Assembly: GCA_001179505.1 (NCBI GenBank)
Contig: CDMY01000198.1
Coordinates: forward strand, 62,001 to 126,000
Reading direction: 5' to 3'
Length of the DNA stretch: 64,000 nucleotides
From: Vitrella brassicaformis CCMP3155
Taxonomy: Eukaryota; Protista; Chromerida
The first letter of the stretch is position 1. The number at the start of each line of letters is the position of its first letter. This document shows, piece after piece, positions 38,226 through 51,290 of this stretch. The notes below the pieces were generated by a model. That model was not told the origin of the DNA, did not search any database, and saw only the letters and a list, made by a program, of their open reading frames with translations. Made by a program: the position numbers and the translations under genes.

Positions 38226-39517
38226 ATGTCGCTGCTGCTCATCGACGTAAGCCGATTGATGGAAACACATAACATGCGAAAACTCGCGCCTGTGCTGCCG
38301 TTGGTCAGGTGTACTCTGATTTTTGCTGCCCATGGTGTTATGTGGGGGAGAGAAGGCTGCGTAAGCAACGCTGAGGCCAGTGCACCGTCCATGCTCGTCA
38401 TTCCTCTAGTGCTTGTGTGTGTTTGCAGTGTCCGCCGTTGAGTCGTTTGCCGCTGAAAGTGGCCGACGCATTGAGCTGACATTCCACCCATACATGATCG
38501 ACCCGGTATCACGAGCAGCGAGAAGAGGATGCGGATCCACTGCGTGTGGTCTGGACGTCTCCTGGGTGTGGTGTGCCTTGTGTGTATGTCTGCAGCGCAT
38601 CCATAAGGACGGCGAAGAATACATGGTGGGCGAAGAACAAAACAGCAGACTCTGACGTACTTGTCCCACGGGTGGTCCTGTCTGTGCACCACTGGCGTCA
38701 GGACTACTGCCGCAAGCGGTGGGGAGGCGATGGACGGACGAGCGGGCTGAAACAGGAGGGTATCTGTAGCACACACACCAGCAACATGGTGCACATCTGT
38801 ATGTATGTGCGATGGTTTGGGTGTGGGTGTGTCCGTGTCTTCAGGTCGGCAAGACGGCTGCGCCTTTGGCGGCTGGAAGGTTTGGGCGAACACGCTCAAC
38901 GCCCACATGCTGGTGGACTTCGCGCAAAGACAACACCAGCGGCAGATGAAGGAGGCGCAAGACACACAGACGCCTGAACAGATCGCAGGTACTCACGGCC
39001 CGGATGGATTGAACACTAGAGCAAAGTCAATTTCCTTGTGTGTGCGATTCGTTTGTCAGCCTTGAAGGAGGCCCATCAGCAGCGCCTTGTGAGGCTGGTT
39101 GATCTCTTGTTCACAAGGTAGGTACGCCGACAGAAACACGCATGCATGCCCATCTGTCTCTCTGTCATGGTATTTGTTTGGTGCAGGGCCTATGAGGAGG
39201 GCAAGAACATATCCCTCCCAGCGGAGCTTGATACGGTGGCCGCAGAGCTGGGGGACATCGATGCCAGCGAATTCCGAAAGCACCTCAGCGACCCGACTGG
39301 TACACAAGCACACACAACCAGAATCGAACTGTTGATCTGCCTTCCTGTGTCTGCAGCTGTTGCCTCCGTCAAGGAGGAGGATGCAGAGGCGAAGGGCGGC
39401 CTCAGCATCAGGGGAGTGCCGTACTTCATTGTAAGGGAGAGCGGCAAGACCCCCGTAGCACTTTCTGGCGCACAGCCAAAACAGGCTTTCCTTGAATTAT
39501 TCAAGAAGATGCGGTAG
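38226..39517 (+). CDS. DsbA-family (FrnE-like) thioredoxin-fold oxidoreductase
   Basis: Spliced MSLLLID|VYSDFCCPWCYVGERRL (CxxC), FHPYMIDP, ANTLNAHML, AYEEGKNIS, IRGVPYFIV, LSGAQP. Confidence 0.85.
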
Positions 39518-39804
39518 ATGGACAGATGACCAGGGAGGGGGGCGAGAGCTGAGTTGTACTGAATGGTCGCATCTTTGCGACACGTCGGTTTGTCTGCAGG
39601 CGATAGATCTGCACTGGATATTTGCATGCATGCGCAAGGATGGGGGTAAGACTGGGGGCTCCCCAGTCTTCTTGTCAAGTCCTCTCCTTTCGTGTGCATC
39701 CCGTCATTCCATCCATCCATCCGTTTCATCCCCCTCCAAGACAGCCCGCCATCCCTTGAGCAGCGTGCCGCCTGTCATCCCGTCCATCCTCTCTCTCTCT
39801 CACC

Positions 39805-41528
39805 ATGCAGCATCTCTCCGCCTGTGTCCTTCTCCTACTCACAACGTCATCAGCCGCCTCCCTCCTGGCCCATGACTTCGACAGAACGCATGACATTCTC
39901 TCGTCGGCCTTCACTGAGATGAGCAATCATCTGGAGCAGTCGGGGCTCAGTGTCGACCCCGCATTCCTCCACGAGTCGGCCCACAATGCCGCCAAGGACG
40001 TCCTGCACGTGCTGGAGACCCACAGACAGACACCAGCAGCAGGAGCACCGGACAGAAATGGGACGGCCGTCTCCATGCTGGCCATGCAGCAGCCAGGAAG
40101 TTACGACCTCGGTAAGGAACGCAGAGAAAGGAGAGAAAGGATACGTCCTTGCCTTACTGTCATTTGCTCTCTACGGTGCAGTGCATCAGGTGCAGACGCT
40201 CGTCGAGAAGCACCTGGTCGGTGAGAGCCCCAACAAGCAGACAGACAGACAGGCAGGCAAAGCATCAGTCTTCTGTGTGTGTTCGTCAGCTGTTGTGTGC
40301 GGAGACGGCTCTCCGCAAGGCCACGGCCCGCTGCGACGCTGCAGTGGCACACATCCAGAAGATACTCGCCACATCTCAGAGGAAAGTCGCCACAGACGCA
40401 CACGTAAGCAGGGCAGGATGGGCATGATCCCCAGGACAGCGGGCCACAAGACCACTTTGTGTGCGTGCAGGAGATCTTGACGATGTCGGCTTTGGCCACG
40501 ATGGAGGCCAACCTGCGGAAGGCCATCCAGCGGTGCCACGACGCCCTGACCAAAATCCACAGAGACACCGTAGGGGGCAAAACGGTTCGAGAGCCCATCA
40601 TCCCCCGTGTGCGTCTTACTGCTTGCAGCAACAGCACGAGAGAGAGGCCGCCGCCCAGCAGAACGCCATCAAAGCCGAGATTGTCAGATATTTCAGGAGC
40701 GCACCATAGATAGATGGTGCAGATGTGACTGTGCCATGCTTTGCTCAGGAGAGTCGTCGCAATCAGCTGCTCCAGATCAAGGCGACGCTAAGTGCGGCCT
40801 TCCAGGGAGGCACCTTCTCCTCATCTGTACGCAGCTGGCGCCACACAGCGCCGCTGAGAGCATGTACGTGTCGCGCCTTTGTGTACTGTGTCGGCCAGGG
40901 CAGTCCAGGTGACTCGGGGTGCTGCAGCCAGGACAAGCTGACCGACTGTTTGCTGCCCGCCGTGGACGCCGCACCCAACCCCCTCATGCAGTGTGTGGCC
41001 ACACACATGTGTGTCGGAAGCGGCTCATCCCTCGTCCAGACCAGCGCCGCAGCTGCCAATGGTCACGAGACATACACATGTCGATTGCCTTGTCGTGTCT
41101 TGGCGACATGGTGTGTGTGTCGGTTCAGGCAGCAGCACGATTCAGATGGCCAACGAGAACCAGGCAGCTTTCCCACAGCTGAGCAACGGTATGGGCATTA
41201 CGACACCAGCGAGCTGATGGCAACAGCTGCTTGTGGACGTGTGTATCTCGCTCAGATGAGGATTTCGTTTTCGGCCTGCCGGCGAACAACCCGAGCACTG
41301 ACGGCCATTACTACCCCTCACTCATGCAAATGAAGACAAGTGCGCAGACACATGTACATCGATTCATGTGACTGTCTGCTGTGCGTCGTTTCTCTCTGCA
41401 GAGTCCGTCCTGGCTCACCGGCAGACGGCCACAAGAGAAGACGAGACCATTTGAAGGCCGTGTGTGTGTGCGATCAGCTAGTGGACTGCGGTGTGCCTCT
41501 GTCTGTGACTCTGTCGTTTGGCAAATAG
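39805..41528 (+). CDS. Secreted coiled-coil protein of unknown function
   Basis: Signal peptide MQHLSACVLLLLTTSSAA and a chain of short GT-AG exons with coiled-coil character. 3' exons are uncertain. Confidence 0.55.
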
Positions 41529-42978
41529 GCAGACAGAGACAAACGGAGTAAGTGTTGTGTCTGTGACCTTTGAGTTAATGCATTGAAGTATGAGCGATTT
41601 CCCCCGCCTCCTCCGCTCTATTATCCATGGCAGCGATTAGAGACTGCACACCGGTGAGGAAAGCGACGAGCTGCGATCTGCATGTCGTGCTCTCTTCACT
41701 CAGATCAACGAGCGGCAGAGTTCATTCTGCACAGAAAAAGTGAGCGGTCAAAACTGACAGATTCTCACACAGCTCAAGCGCCCTTATACCCTTGTGTCTT
41801 CTGCCATCCTGCCGTCCTATTCACGGCTTCAGATCTTTTCCACCGAACGGCGAGATTTTCGCGACGGGAGACGGACGAAACCCCGCAAACCCTGATTTAC
41901 AGTTTTGGAATTCATTTCTCATGATTCTCTGCCGGATTCGGCTTTCCAGCCTTCTTTCAGCCACATTTCCTCCGCTTGTTTTCCTTTTAACTTGGTTGTT
42001 GACTTGTGTGGCCCGCCTCATCCTCCTCTACCCCTCCCAACTCGTCCGGACGTCATCCGTCACTTCGTTCCTCCAACCCTGTGGCCCGGGCTGAGTGTCA
42101 GCTGGCGGCGCTCTTGTCCTATCGGGCTGTTGGCGAGTACCTGGCGCCACTGCAGCGTGAGCGCGCACCTTCTCTCTCTTTCAGGACGATCCCATCAGGT
42201 GAGTGCATACGCGTGCAATGTTATATGTTAACAGCTCCTGGCTTTGGTGATGGCGTGGGATATGGATGATATGGGAGGGGGCGGGCCCGGCCAGCACAAC
42301 ACTGGCGAGGACAACACCCCCAGCAACAACAACCAAGACATCTAGACCAACGATAAGGTGAACAGGGGACCAAATGACTCGAACATTACACCACGCCATA
42401 CCACACCACACCAAAATGTGTGTGCCCTTGTCTGTGTGGCGTCGTCAGGGTGACTAAGAAACGGACAGTAGATGTAGCTGGCGAGAAGGGTTGAAGGATA
42501 GCTATGCCGTGAGTGTCTGAGAGCGGACAGAGAGAGGGGGAGAGAGGTGTGAGTGAGAGGCCTTATGCGTAGCCTTTCAGACGTGTTGGTTTCGACCGAT
42601 AGCCAGCCGGGATGCCACTCTCCAGTGCGCCGTTGGTTCAGTGGATGACGCATCAAGGGGAGGCGCCCGGCACACACACGTCTGACTGATAGCCTTCATG
42701 CTGCTGCCAGGTGTTCTCGATTTGTGTGTGCACAAGGGTAGACGAAGTAGATTGGATGGATGAGTGATGAGTGAGTGGCTGCCTGGTTGTGTGTCCGTGG
42801 TGCGCCCTGCCTGTGTTGCGTTTGGTCGGTGTGGATGGTGTCATCTCGCTGGTGTTGGCATTGCTTATGCCTTCACGAGTGGCTGACACCTCCTCACCTC
42901 ACTGGGCCGCGACACAGGGCGGGCACACACCTGTCGACAGCCATTGGTGAATCGCCGTCTGGCCGTCTTGATTAGCCG

Positions 42979-44190
42979 GTGGATCTGACACACATTGAGG
43001 TGGTAGAGGTAATGCAAAAGACTAGAGTTGTGGAGGTGGTGAGCCATAACACCGTCTTACATGGCTTCTCTGTCTGTCTGTCTGTCTGTCTGACTATCTG
43101 CAGAAATGGGAGACGAAAGTGGCCGAGAGGGACGTGGAGGTCAGTGACCGGGCAAGCTGTGCAGACCCATGCAGGCAGCCCTCACACTATCTGTGTCTCA
43201 CTGCTTGCTGTCTGCTGTCTGATGTCTGCAGCGGGCCTTACATGATTTGTATGGCCTGCGTGTGGAGGGGAAATTGGGCTACGGGGGCCAGGCGGAGCTG
43301 TGGCGGCTGTCGAGGGGCAAGGTGGTCAAGGTGCTCGACAAAAACTACTCCGTCGGCGGCGTAAGCACGACTTAGACCACAGCGACAAGGACCACAAGAG
43401 ACCATCATCCTTGCCTGTGTGTGTTGGTGTCTTGCGCAGCCCAACCACAAGCCGACATTTCAGCTTCACCACGAGAAGGGGCTGGCCAAATGCCCCCAGC
43501 TGGTGCGGCTGCACGGCGCCTTCACCGTCACGAGGTGCCACCGCACCTGTGTGTTGATGGAGTTCGTCGACGGTGGGCGAATGAGTAACACACACAAAGC
43601 ACGGGATGCTGCAGAGCTTGTGGATGTGTGTGTGTGTGCAGGGCAGCCGGTGTGGGAGCTGTGCGGCGGTGTGGGGGGAGGGAGACGCGAAGACCATCAC
43701 CCGAGATCTCCCCCTCCGCCGGCTGGCCCACCTCGACGTCAAGCCCGACAACCTTATCCGGCGAGGGGACGGGTCGAGTGTGCTGATAGATCTCGACTTC
43801 ATGGCTAGATATGAGGTGAGACATGGACATAAAAAGGGAGCAACCGATGGCAATGGCTGGGTGGATGGCTGCGTGTGTGTTGTCTGTGGTTGACATGCAG
43901 ACGGGCGATGGGAGACGGAAAGACATGAGGGATACAGGTAGGTGTGCCTGCCTGTTCTCGGCCGATGTATCGGGACTGTCATCTCTCTCTCACTCTGTGT
44001 GCGTGTGTGTGTCTGTCTGTGATGCTGCAGTCAGCACGCTGTTGATGTTGCTTGGGGTGGACAGCGAAACAGTCAACACGGTCCTTGCAGCCGACACGGT
44101 CCGGGAGAGAACCTATCAGTTGATCTTGACACACATAACTCTGACGCCTCTGCTTTGCCCCTCATTGGAATGCAGCCAACGGAAGAGGAC
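42979..44190 (+). pseudogene. Small-kinase family member K-A (frameshifted)
   Basis: GKLGYGGQAELWRL, VVKVL, VLMEFVDG, HLDVKPDN, VLIDLD. Extra G in the run at 43673-43678 and a deletion in the LKALAYLH helix relative to K-C. Broken off at 44190. Confidence 0.8.
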
Positions 44191-46160
44191 ATCGTTGTCT
44201 ACGTTTTATATTTGACGGAGGTGTTTCCAACGGCGCTGCGAAGCCTCCCGAAGAGAGATGACCCGATGGGGTGGCAGGGGATTCTCAGCCCGCTCCAGGT
44301 GTATGCACTGAGTACTCCCGACACAAGTTCTACGGCCATCTCAAGCTCAGTCTGCTTCGCCTGGGCTCTTCGGGCGCGTACAAGAACTGAGCGACTTATA
44401 CAGGGCCGAGAACATTTGGTGAGCGGCGGACAAGCTGGAGCCTGCGTCTGTGCACTGCGGCGTGTTTCTTGTCGTCCGCACACAACGATGATCGCCTCTG
44501 AAGTACTCACGGCTATTCGGTTCAGAGCGCAGAGATGCTTGAAGAGATTCCTCAACAACAGGGTAAGTGAGAAAAGTGGATGGATGGATGGGAAACGATG
44601 CGTCGGTTTCGCATTGCCTTCCCTGCGTCCGCAAGAATACGCTGTTCCACGCGATGTGGTCTCTGAGGGCGATTTGGTGTACGGCGGACGGGCGCTCCAC
44701 TCCCGACACAAGTTCTACGCCCATCTCAAGCTGAGCGTGCTTCGCCTGGGCTCTTCGGGCGCCTACAAGAACATGGCGGCCCTCTGCCGCAAGCTGACCG
44801 ACTTGTGCAAGGACGAGAACATCACTGTGAGCGTGTTGTCCTGGGTGAGCCAAACGTGACACCAGTAAGCTGAGCTCTTCTTTCTGCATGCGTCGTGTGC
44901 TGTGACCCTGCCCTCCTCATTCAGGACGATGGAGCCGAGAGTCTGCCGGTAGCGAAGGTATGTATCCCCCGCACACGTCTGAAGAGCCATACCTATCCAC
45001 CACACCACAGGTTCTCTCCGCCTGCTTGTTGCCTGCAGGGGACGGCTCCACACTCACCTCCTCAGCCCAAGTGGCTGCGTCGAGTGAGCCACGTGCACCC
45101 ATCCATCCATCCATCCATCCATCCACCACACTCTTTTCTGTCCCCTCTATCTTGCTTGCAGTTCTGGTGCGCGTCAAACCCTGCAGTCGTAACGATCCTG
45201 CGTTTGTTGGGGGAAGACCTGCAAAAGGAACCAGTACAAGAGGACCAATGAAATGATCGTCACAGACAGGCATTCTCTCCCACTCTGTCTGTGTCTGTGA
45301 TGCTGCAGTGACGACAATGTTGAAATTACTTGGTGTTGACACGGGGGCGGGTAACACGATCCTCACGGCCGCCACGGTATGAGAGACAACGTTATCAGTT
45401 GATCTCCAAATACATGACTCCCTCTCTGCTTTGCCTCTCATTCCAATGCAGCCGACAGAGGAGGCCATTCGTCAGGCCCTGTATCCATTCGCCCCCTCCA
45501 CCGAAGTGGTCGACTTCATCGCCAAACTTCTCAAGGGCATGAGCGCTCAGGAGGTCAGTTAGCCAGGGAAAAACAAGGACACTTCTCCCATGTCAGATTC
45601 GTGGACGTCTTGTGTGCTGTGTGTCGCCTGTCTCTCCCCCGCTCCTTCGGTCGTGCAGGCCCTCCACCACCCGTGGCTTGCTAATTCCCCACCACAGCCA
45701 CCAGCTGCTGCCGCTACTGTTGATGTCTATGCACCTCCTGCTGCCACCGGTGAGTGGGGGAGAGACACAACTGACATCCATTGCAATCAGAGCGCCTCAT
45801 CTCTGACATTGTATTGGATTGTTCGTCTCTTGACAGAACGACCGTATGTGCCGCCTGTGTATCGGCTGCCGCCACCACCGCCCCGACGAGTCCCTGCCGG
45901 TGAGTGGACAAGAGACACAATTTATTCAGTTCATTGCCATTGATTCTCTCCTGACGCACCTGCCCAAGCACTACTTCCATTCAGCATTGGAGGGCCCTTT
46001 TGCTGCTATGCTGTGTCCCTGCCAGCCAGCAATGCGCCACGAGGAGAGGCGGTGCGGAAGGCACCTATCGTTGTCTACATTTTATATTTCCAAGGCACTT
46101 TTCATTCGTCAAAACTGTGCATCGTTGGACTGTCAACGTCATGGAGCTGCTCAAGGGTAC
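44191..46160 (+). pseudogene. Scrambled relics: duplicated unknown exon fragments plus kinase C-lobe and N-lobe fragments
   Basis: HKFYxHLKLSxLRLGSSGAYKN occurs twice (about 44315-44390 and 44700-44770). 45290-45690 resembles 44010-44190 and ends ALHHPWL. 45950-46155 encodes HLPKHYF and VMELLKG, like K-B. Confidence 0.6.
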
Positions 46161-46292
46161 ACACGTCACGCCACTCCATGCCAGGGCACACACATTGCCT
46201 TTGTCGCCCGTCTGTGTCTCGTATGTGTATCTGTCTGGGTAGGGCGAATCGTGCGGCGGACCCCGCCTCTCTCTCTGGAAGCGTAATCCACG

Positions 46293-46345
46293 AAACGCTG
46301 AAGGCAAGTGCCTTCAGCGTTTAACTCGAGTGCCTTCAGCGTTTA
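46293..46345. repeat. Perfect 14-bp inverted repeat (2-nt loop) followed by a direct copy of the right arm
   Basis: AAACGCTGAAGGCA-AG-TGCCTTCAGCGTTT, then TGCCTTCAGCGTTT again at 46331-46344. Confidence 0.9.
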
Positions 46346-47018
46346 CTCCACTTTGCAGGAGGGATGGCGCGCTGTCTGCCTGACAGCAAGGGCACAGTTT
46401 AGATAGTCAACGACATCCTTTGGTCAGAATCGCAGCCGGCGCCACTGCGGTTCACAAACACAGGTGAGAGCCAGCCGCTCATCCATCGACGTATACGCAC
46501 ACAATCTCCTGTGCTGACGTTCGGGATGGCTGAGCAAATTCGATATCGTAGACGTGTGGGTCGTCGTCAGATTTCGGCGCGGCTCTCGGGAAGCAAGCAA
46601 TCGTGAGGCCCGGCGTGTCATAGAAAAGCTGATGCGAGATCAGGTGAGCAGAGAGAAGAGGCAGTCAGGAAGCCGGAAGACCATCCACGCACCTTGGTTG
46701 CGTTGTTCTCTTGTTTTCCGGTCGTCGGGCAGCGTCCCAAGGCGGTGCGTCTGAAGGTGCACGACCACCCGTCGGCGTGGCGCTGTGGATGGGTGGATTG
46801 GACAGAGGCGGGGCTGCCTGCAACGGTATTCCGTGTAGGTATTGACAACAACACACTGACACAGCTCTGCAGCGAGTACGGAGGGATGCATGAGGACATC
46901 ATACACATCAGGGTGGTCGAGCAGGTCGGTCGGTTGACACATGCACATGACACTCGTCAGCCTGTGCCACCGCCGCACACACACACAGAATTCCCATGTC
47001 TGTTCTTTCAGGAGCACG

Positions 47019-48439
47019 ATGAGCAGCGCAATGGAGAAGGTTCTTGTTTATGCGCCAATAAGCAAAGATCCCGATGCCTTTGAGCCCCTGCCCTCCCTCG
47101 AGGAGGCGGCCCGTCGGCGCAGGTGGCAGCACCACCCAGAAAGGGCGGAGAAGATAATCGCCAGGAGGAGGAAGTACAAGGAGAAGATAATCGCCAGGAG
47201 GAGGAAGTACAAGGAGACGGAGCGGGTGAGCTGGGCTGCACTGCGTGACATGGCTGCATGGGATAAATCAGGCACACACGCGGTCTCCGTTTGTGTCAAT
47301 CACATCATTCCCTGTCTGTCTGTCTGTCTGCACCGCAGAAGTGGCAGAACGACGTGGGCGAGAGGGCAGTGGCCGTAAGCAAGACAGATCACAGCGACAA
47401 GACCTGCAATCGGCTCACCAGCTGCTGCTGTGTCGTTTGTGTGCAGGAGTACCTATATTACCGGTACGGCATCAAGGCCGACAAGAAGCTCGGCTTCGGC
47501 GGCCAGGGGTCTGTGTGGCGGGCGGGGCAGTATGCGGTCAAAGTCCTCGACCCGAACATGTCTGCCGGCGGGGTACGTGTGTGAGACGCATAGACAGAGA
47601 ACACACAGGTCTGTCATCAACGGCTTGTCTCTGTCTCTCTGTCTGTCTATGTGCGTGTTGTGTGTAGGAGAATGAGGGTCTATGTACGTCAAGAGGGGGC
47701 TGTCCGACTGTCCGCACCTGCCGAAGCACTACTTCTCATTTACCGTCGAAGGGCGGACAGTCTACGTCATGGAGTTCTTAAGGGGTACTTCTCGTAATTA
47801 GACGAACGACTTCATGAGACAGACACTTCATGAGACCTCAAGGGTACGCGCACCACGCCCTTCAGGAGTTGCGCATGTCTCACCTCCCCGGCTGTGATTG
47901 TCTCTCTGTGCAGGCCGAACCGTGTGGGCAAGGAACGTCATTCGAGACACTCTCTCAAGGCCCTGCGCTTCCTCCACAGCAGGCGGCTCTCACACGAAGA
48001 CGTCAAGGCCAACAATGTCATGGCCTCGTGCTGTCTGACTACGTGCTGTTCTGATTGACCTGGACCACATGTTCGTCGACGACTTGTCGGTAAGGAGGGA
48101 GGGAGGGAGGGAGAGGGATATGAGACACACATGGAATGGTATGTCTGTGTCTTACTGCATTTTGATGCCGGCAGGGCTCAGGGGTGGCCGACGACAGACA
48201 AAAGACAGGTATGCACAAACACACAGGCACAAGCCGAGATGGTCGGCATTGGGTGCGGATGGAGATGGAGGATAGAGGGGAAACGAGGCGTCAAGATGGA
48301 AGACGTGTGCCTGTCTATCTGTCTCTCCCTCGCTCCCTCGGCCATGCAGGCGCTTCAGCACTCATGGCTGACACCGTCGGCACTGCCGTCTCGACCGGCT
48401 GGTGCTCAGTCGCTGCTGTCCATTCGTCGCGTGTGTTGA
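47019..48439 (+). pseudogene. Small-kinase family member K-B (frameshifted)
   Basis: KKLGFGGQGSVW, YAVKVL, VYVMEFL, LKALRFLHSRRLSHEDVKANN, LIDLD, ALQHSWL. The motifs fall in different frames, implying frameshifts. Confidence 0.75.
47148..47213 (+). repeat. 33-bp perfect tandem duplication (EKIIARRRKYK x2)
   Basis: Read directly from the sequence. Confidence 0.95.
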
Positions 48440-48498
48440 ATGAAACGCTTGCGGGTACTCATTGCTGCTTACATTTTATATTTGACTGTCACATTCAT

Positions 48499-51201
48499 TC
48501 ATTGGACATGCCATGTGGTCCGTGACACGAGAGTGGGATGAGAGCATTGTTTCCATGCGACGAGTAGTCTTTCCACACGAACAGTGTTAACAAGCCGTCC
48601 ACACACCGTCAGCAACTCCGACGTACCCAGCGACTTGGACTGCCGCAGAGTGGCCGAGTGGAGGGAAAGGCCAGGCCGGTCGGAAATGGGTGTGGGAGTC
48701 TTTGGCCGGGTCATGTTTTCGATCTCATTGACGAGGCAGCGTGTCTGCTCGAGGACGGTCGTGGTGGGCATGATGTCCACAGGCAGGGGAGGGGGGCAGG
48801 GGAGGCGGGAGGGTGACTGCCAGTGGGATCGGCGCCTGGGACGCCTGTGACTCCACCTGCTGTGCCTGTGTCTCTTCCGGCGGCTGTTGCTCTTTGAGAC
48901 TCTCTGCTGTCGGCTGGTCTCTAATCGCCAGCACAGCGGCACCACCAGCTGTAGCGGCAGCGTCCTTGCCTTTGCTCCTCACACCAACGCCACTCTTGGC
49001 CTTGCCCAGCACCCCCAGGCCCTTGTGCTCCCTCTCCCTCTTGGCGTCAACACGCTTCAGCCCCTTCCTCACACCCACACCGCCCCAGCCACTCCCCTTC
49101 ACATAGCTGTCCGTCAGCAACGGGTCCGGCGGCCAATACGTTCACATTCACGTCCATCTCTCCACTCTGCTGCCCGTGCCGATGCTTCTTCGGCTGCACA
49201 GCCGCCATGACTTTCCCCCTCTTCCCCCCCCTCCCTCCCCTGACCCCGTCAGCCTGCCTGTGTCCGCAGCGGTCCGTCGCGCCTTCCCTTCTCGTCTCGG
49301 AAGCGGGACTGACGAGGGACCGACACGGCTCAGACAGGCCTCAGCGGGCCAGGATGGGCGGTGGGTGGTAAGGCGGTGGGGGCTGCAGCATGACGGGCAG
49401 CATCCTGGGCACCATAAGGGGGGCGGGTGGCAGCAGTGGTGGTGGCATCAGTGGTCGGTGTGGCGGTGGGGGCAGCACAAAATGTGCTCCTGTCAAGAGA
49501 CGAAAGCCCATGACACCGTCAGAGATCAGCCCGCGTCATTGCGATGGATCTTGGTTGTGTCTCTGCTTCACTCACCGGCAGCGGTTGGATGAGGCGCATG
49601 CATGCCAGCAGCGGCAGCAGGGGCAGCTAGGAAGGGTGCCGATGGGGCCAGCCAGGGGAGTTTGAGAGCCTGCATGACCGACCGACACACAACATGTGAT
49701 TGACATTGTGCCGCTTTTCGCCTGTGTGCTGACTGGCTGACCTCCTCTGCTGATGCGCCCTCGAAGATTGCAACCAAAAGGCTGACGAGGTCCCTCGATG
49801 GCGGCTCGGGCAGCTCCCTCGATAGAGCAGCGCGGAGGCCGGTCTCGGTGTCCTGCATTTCGAAAAAAAGGGCAAGTAAAGTGAATGTCTCTCAGACAAG
49901 TGTCTGGTTAATGCTCTCCTACATAATTGGCGACGATGTCCGCGGCCTTGTCGGCGTCGACGCCCATCAAACGCAGTATAGCGACCCATGGCAGACAGAC
50001 ACGTGAAGCGTCCACTGTGCGTGGTTTAGTGAGCAGACGTACCTGCCCACATCATGTCCTCGGCGGCCCCCTCGCCCGTCTGCACACACATCAATAGCAC
50101 CAAAGAGGGACAATGGTGAGCCAGGCAGCCATCCAGGCGGCTATCCATCAATCGATGTCGTCGGTGTGTCTCACCAGGTCCTCCTTCATAAGATCCAGGT
50201 CGATCAACACCGTAGAGCCGTCGGCCCGTCGCATGAGGTTTTCGGGTTTGACGTCGTGGTGGGCAAGGTGGCGGCGGTGGAGGTACGCGAGGGCTTTGAG
50301 TAGGTCTTTTGTGATCGTCCTCGCCTCGCCCTCCCCCACGCAGCCACCAAGCTCCCACACACCCTGACCTGCACACACACATGGACACATACATGGACAC
50401 ATACATGGACACACACAGAGAGAGAGAGATGGATAAACGAGTTGGTCAACAAGTCTTCTTGCCTTCCTCTTCAGTTACCCTCTATATATTCCACCAATAT
50501 ACACGTCCGACCGGCGCTCGCCACATCAAAACTCTCGAGGAGCCGCACGATGTTGGGGCAGCTGGCCAGGCCCTTCTCCGCGTAAAGGCGGTAGGTCGGC
50601 TGGAAGTGTCGCTGTTCAACACAGAGACACACAGATAGTGTCGTGTGTGTGCTGTGGTCTGCATGTTGCTTACCCCGCCTCTCGAGTAGTTCTCCTCGAG
50701 GACCTTGACCGCTTTTCCGCCCGACAATTTCCATATCTCGGCCTGGCCGCCCCTCGTCAGCTTCCCCTCCACCTCCAACCCATGAATATCATGTAACACC
50801 CCCTGCACACGTCAGCCAGCGGACAGCACACAATGAGGTATACATCTCAGTGAGCCACGGTGAGTCTGCTGACCTGGATGTCCCTCTCTGCCCTGGTCTC
50901 CCTCCAGTCCTGCAGCCACGCACACAACCGGAGACCCGGAGACGGCAGGTGAGACAGCGAGGTGGCTTGTGACAGCACTCACTGATGGCTGGCTCACCTC
51001 CTCGACTGTGCCGCTCTCCCGCATGATTTCCACCCTCTCCCTCGCCGCCGCCTCGCCCACTCTGGCTTTGGTGCCCTCGTAGGCGGCCGCCTCTTGAAGC
51101 CGCCTGTACTCGGCGGGCGGGTGGAGGGGCAGGGGCGGGTACTTGAGGCGGTGCAGGGGCACAGGTGAGTGCACACGTGTGTGCTGTGTCCTGGCGCTCA
51201 T
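48499..51201 (-). CDS. Small-kinase family member K-C (most intact copy; one splice acceptor looks mutated)
   Basis: GKLTRGGQAEIWKL, KAVKVL, ILVEYIEG, LKALAYLHRRHLAHHDVKPEN, VLIDLD, DMMWAG, QALKLPWL. The acceptor before VAILRLMG reads CAT instead of CAG (about 49988). The 3' end is uncertain. Confidence 0.7.
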
Positions 51202-51290
51202 TAGCGAAAAAAGAAAAATATCGCGCCCAACGGTCTCATGCATTCAGTGAGACTGGGGGCATCTCGCAGAGAGAGACCATCGTAAGAACC

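Noticed and set aside
38300-38345. Possible selenocysteine in the DsbA CxxC
   Set aside because: The codons are TGC/TGT (CCPWC); there is no in-frame TGA.
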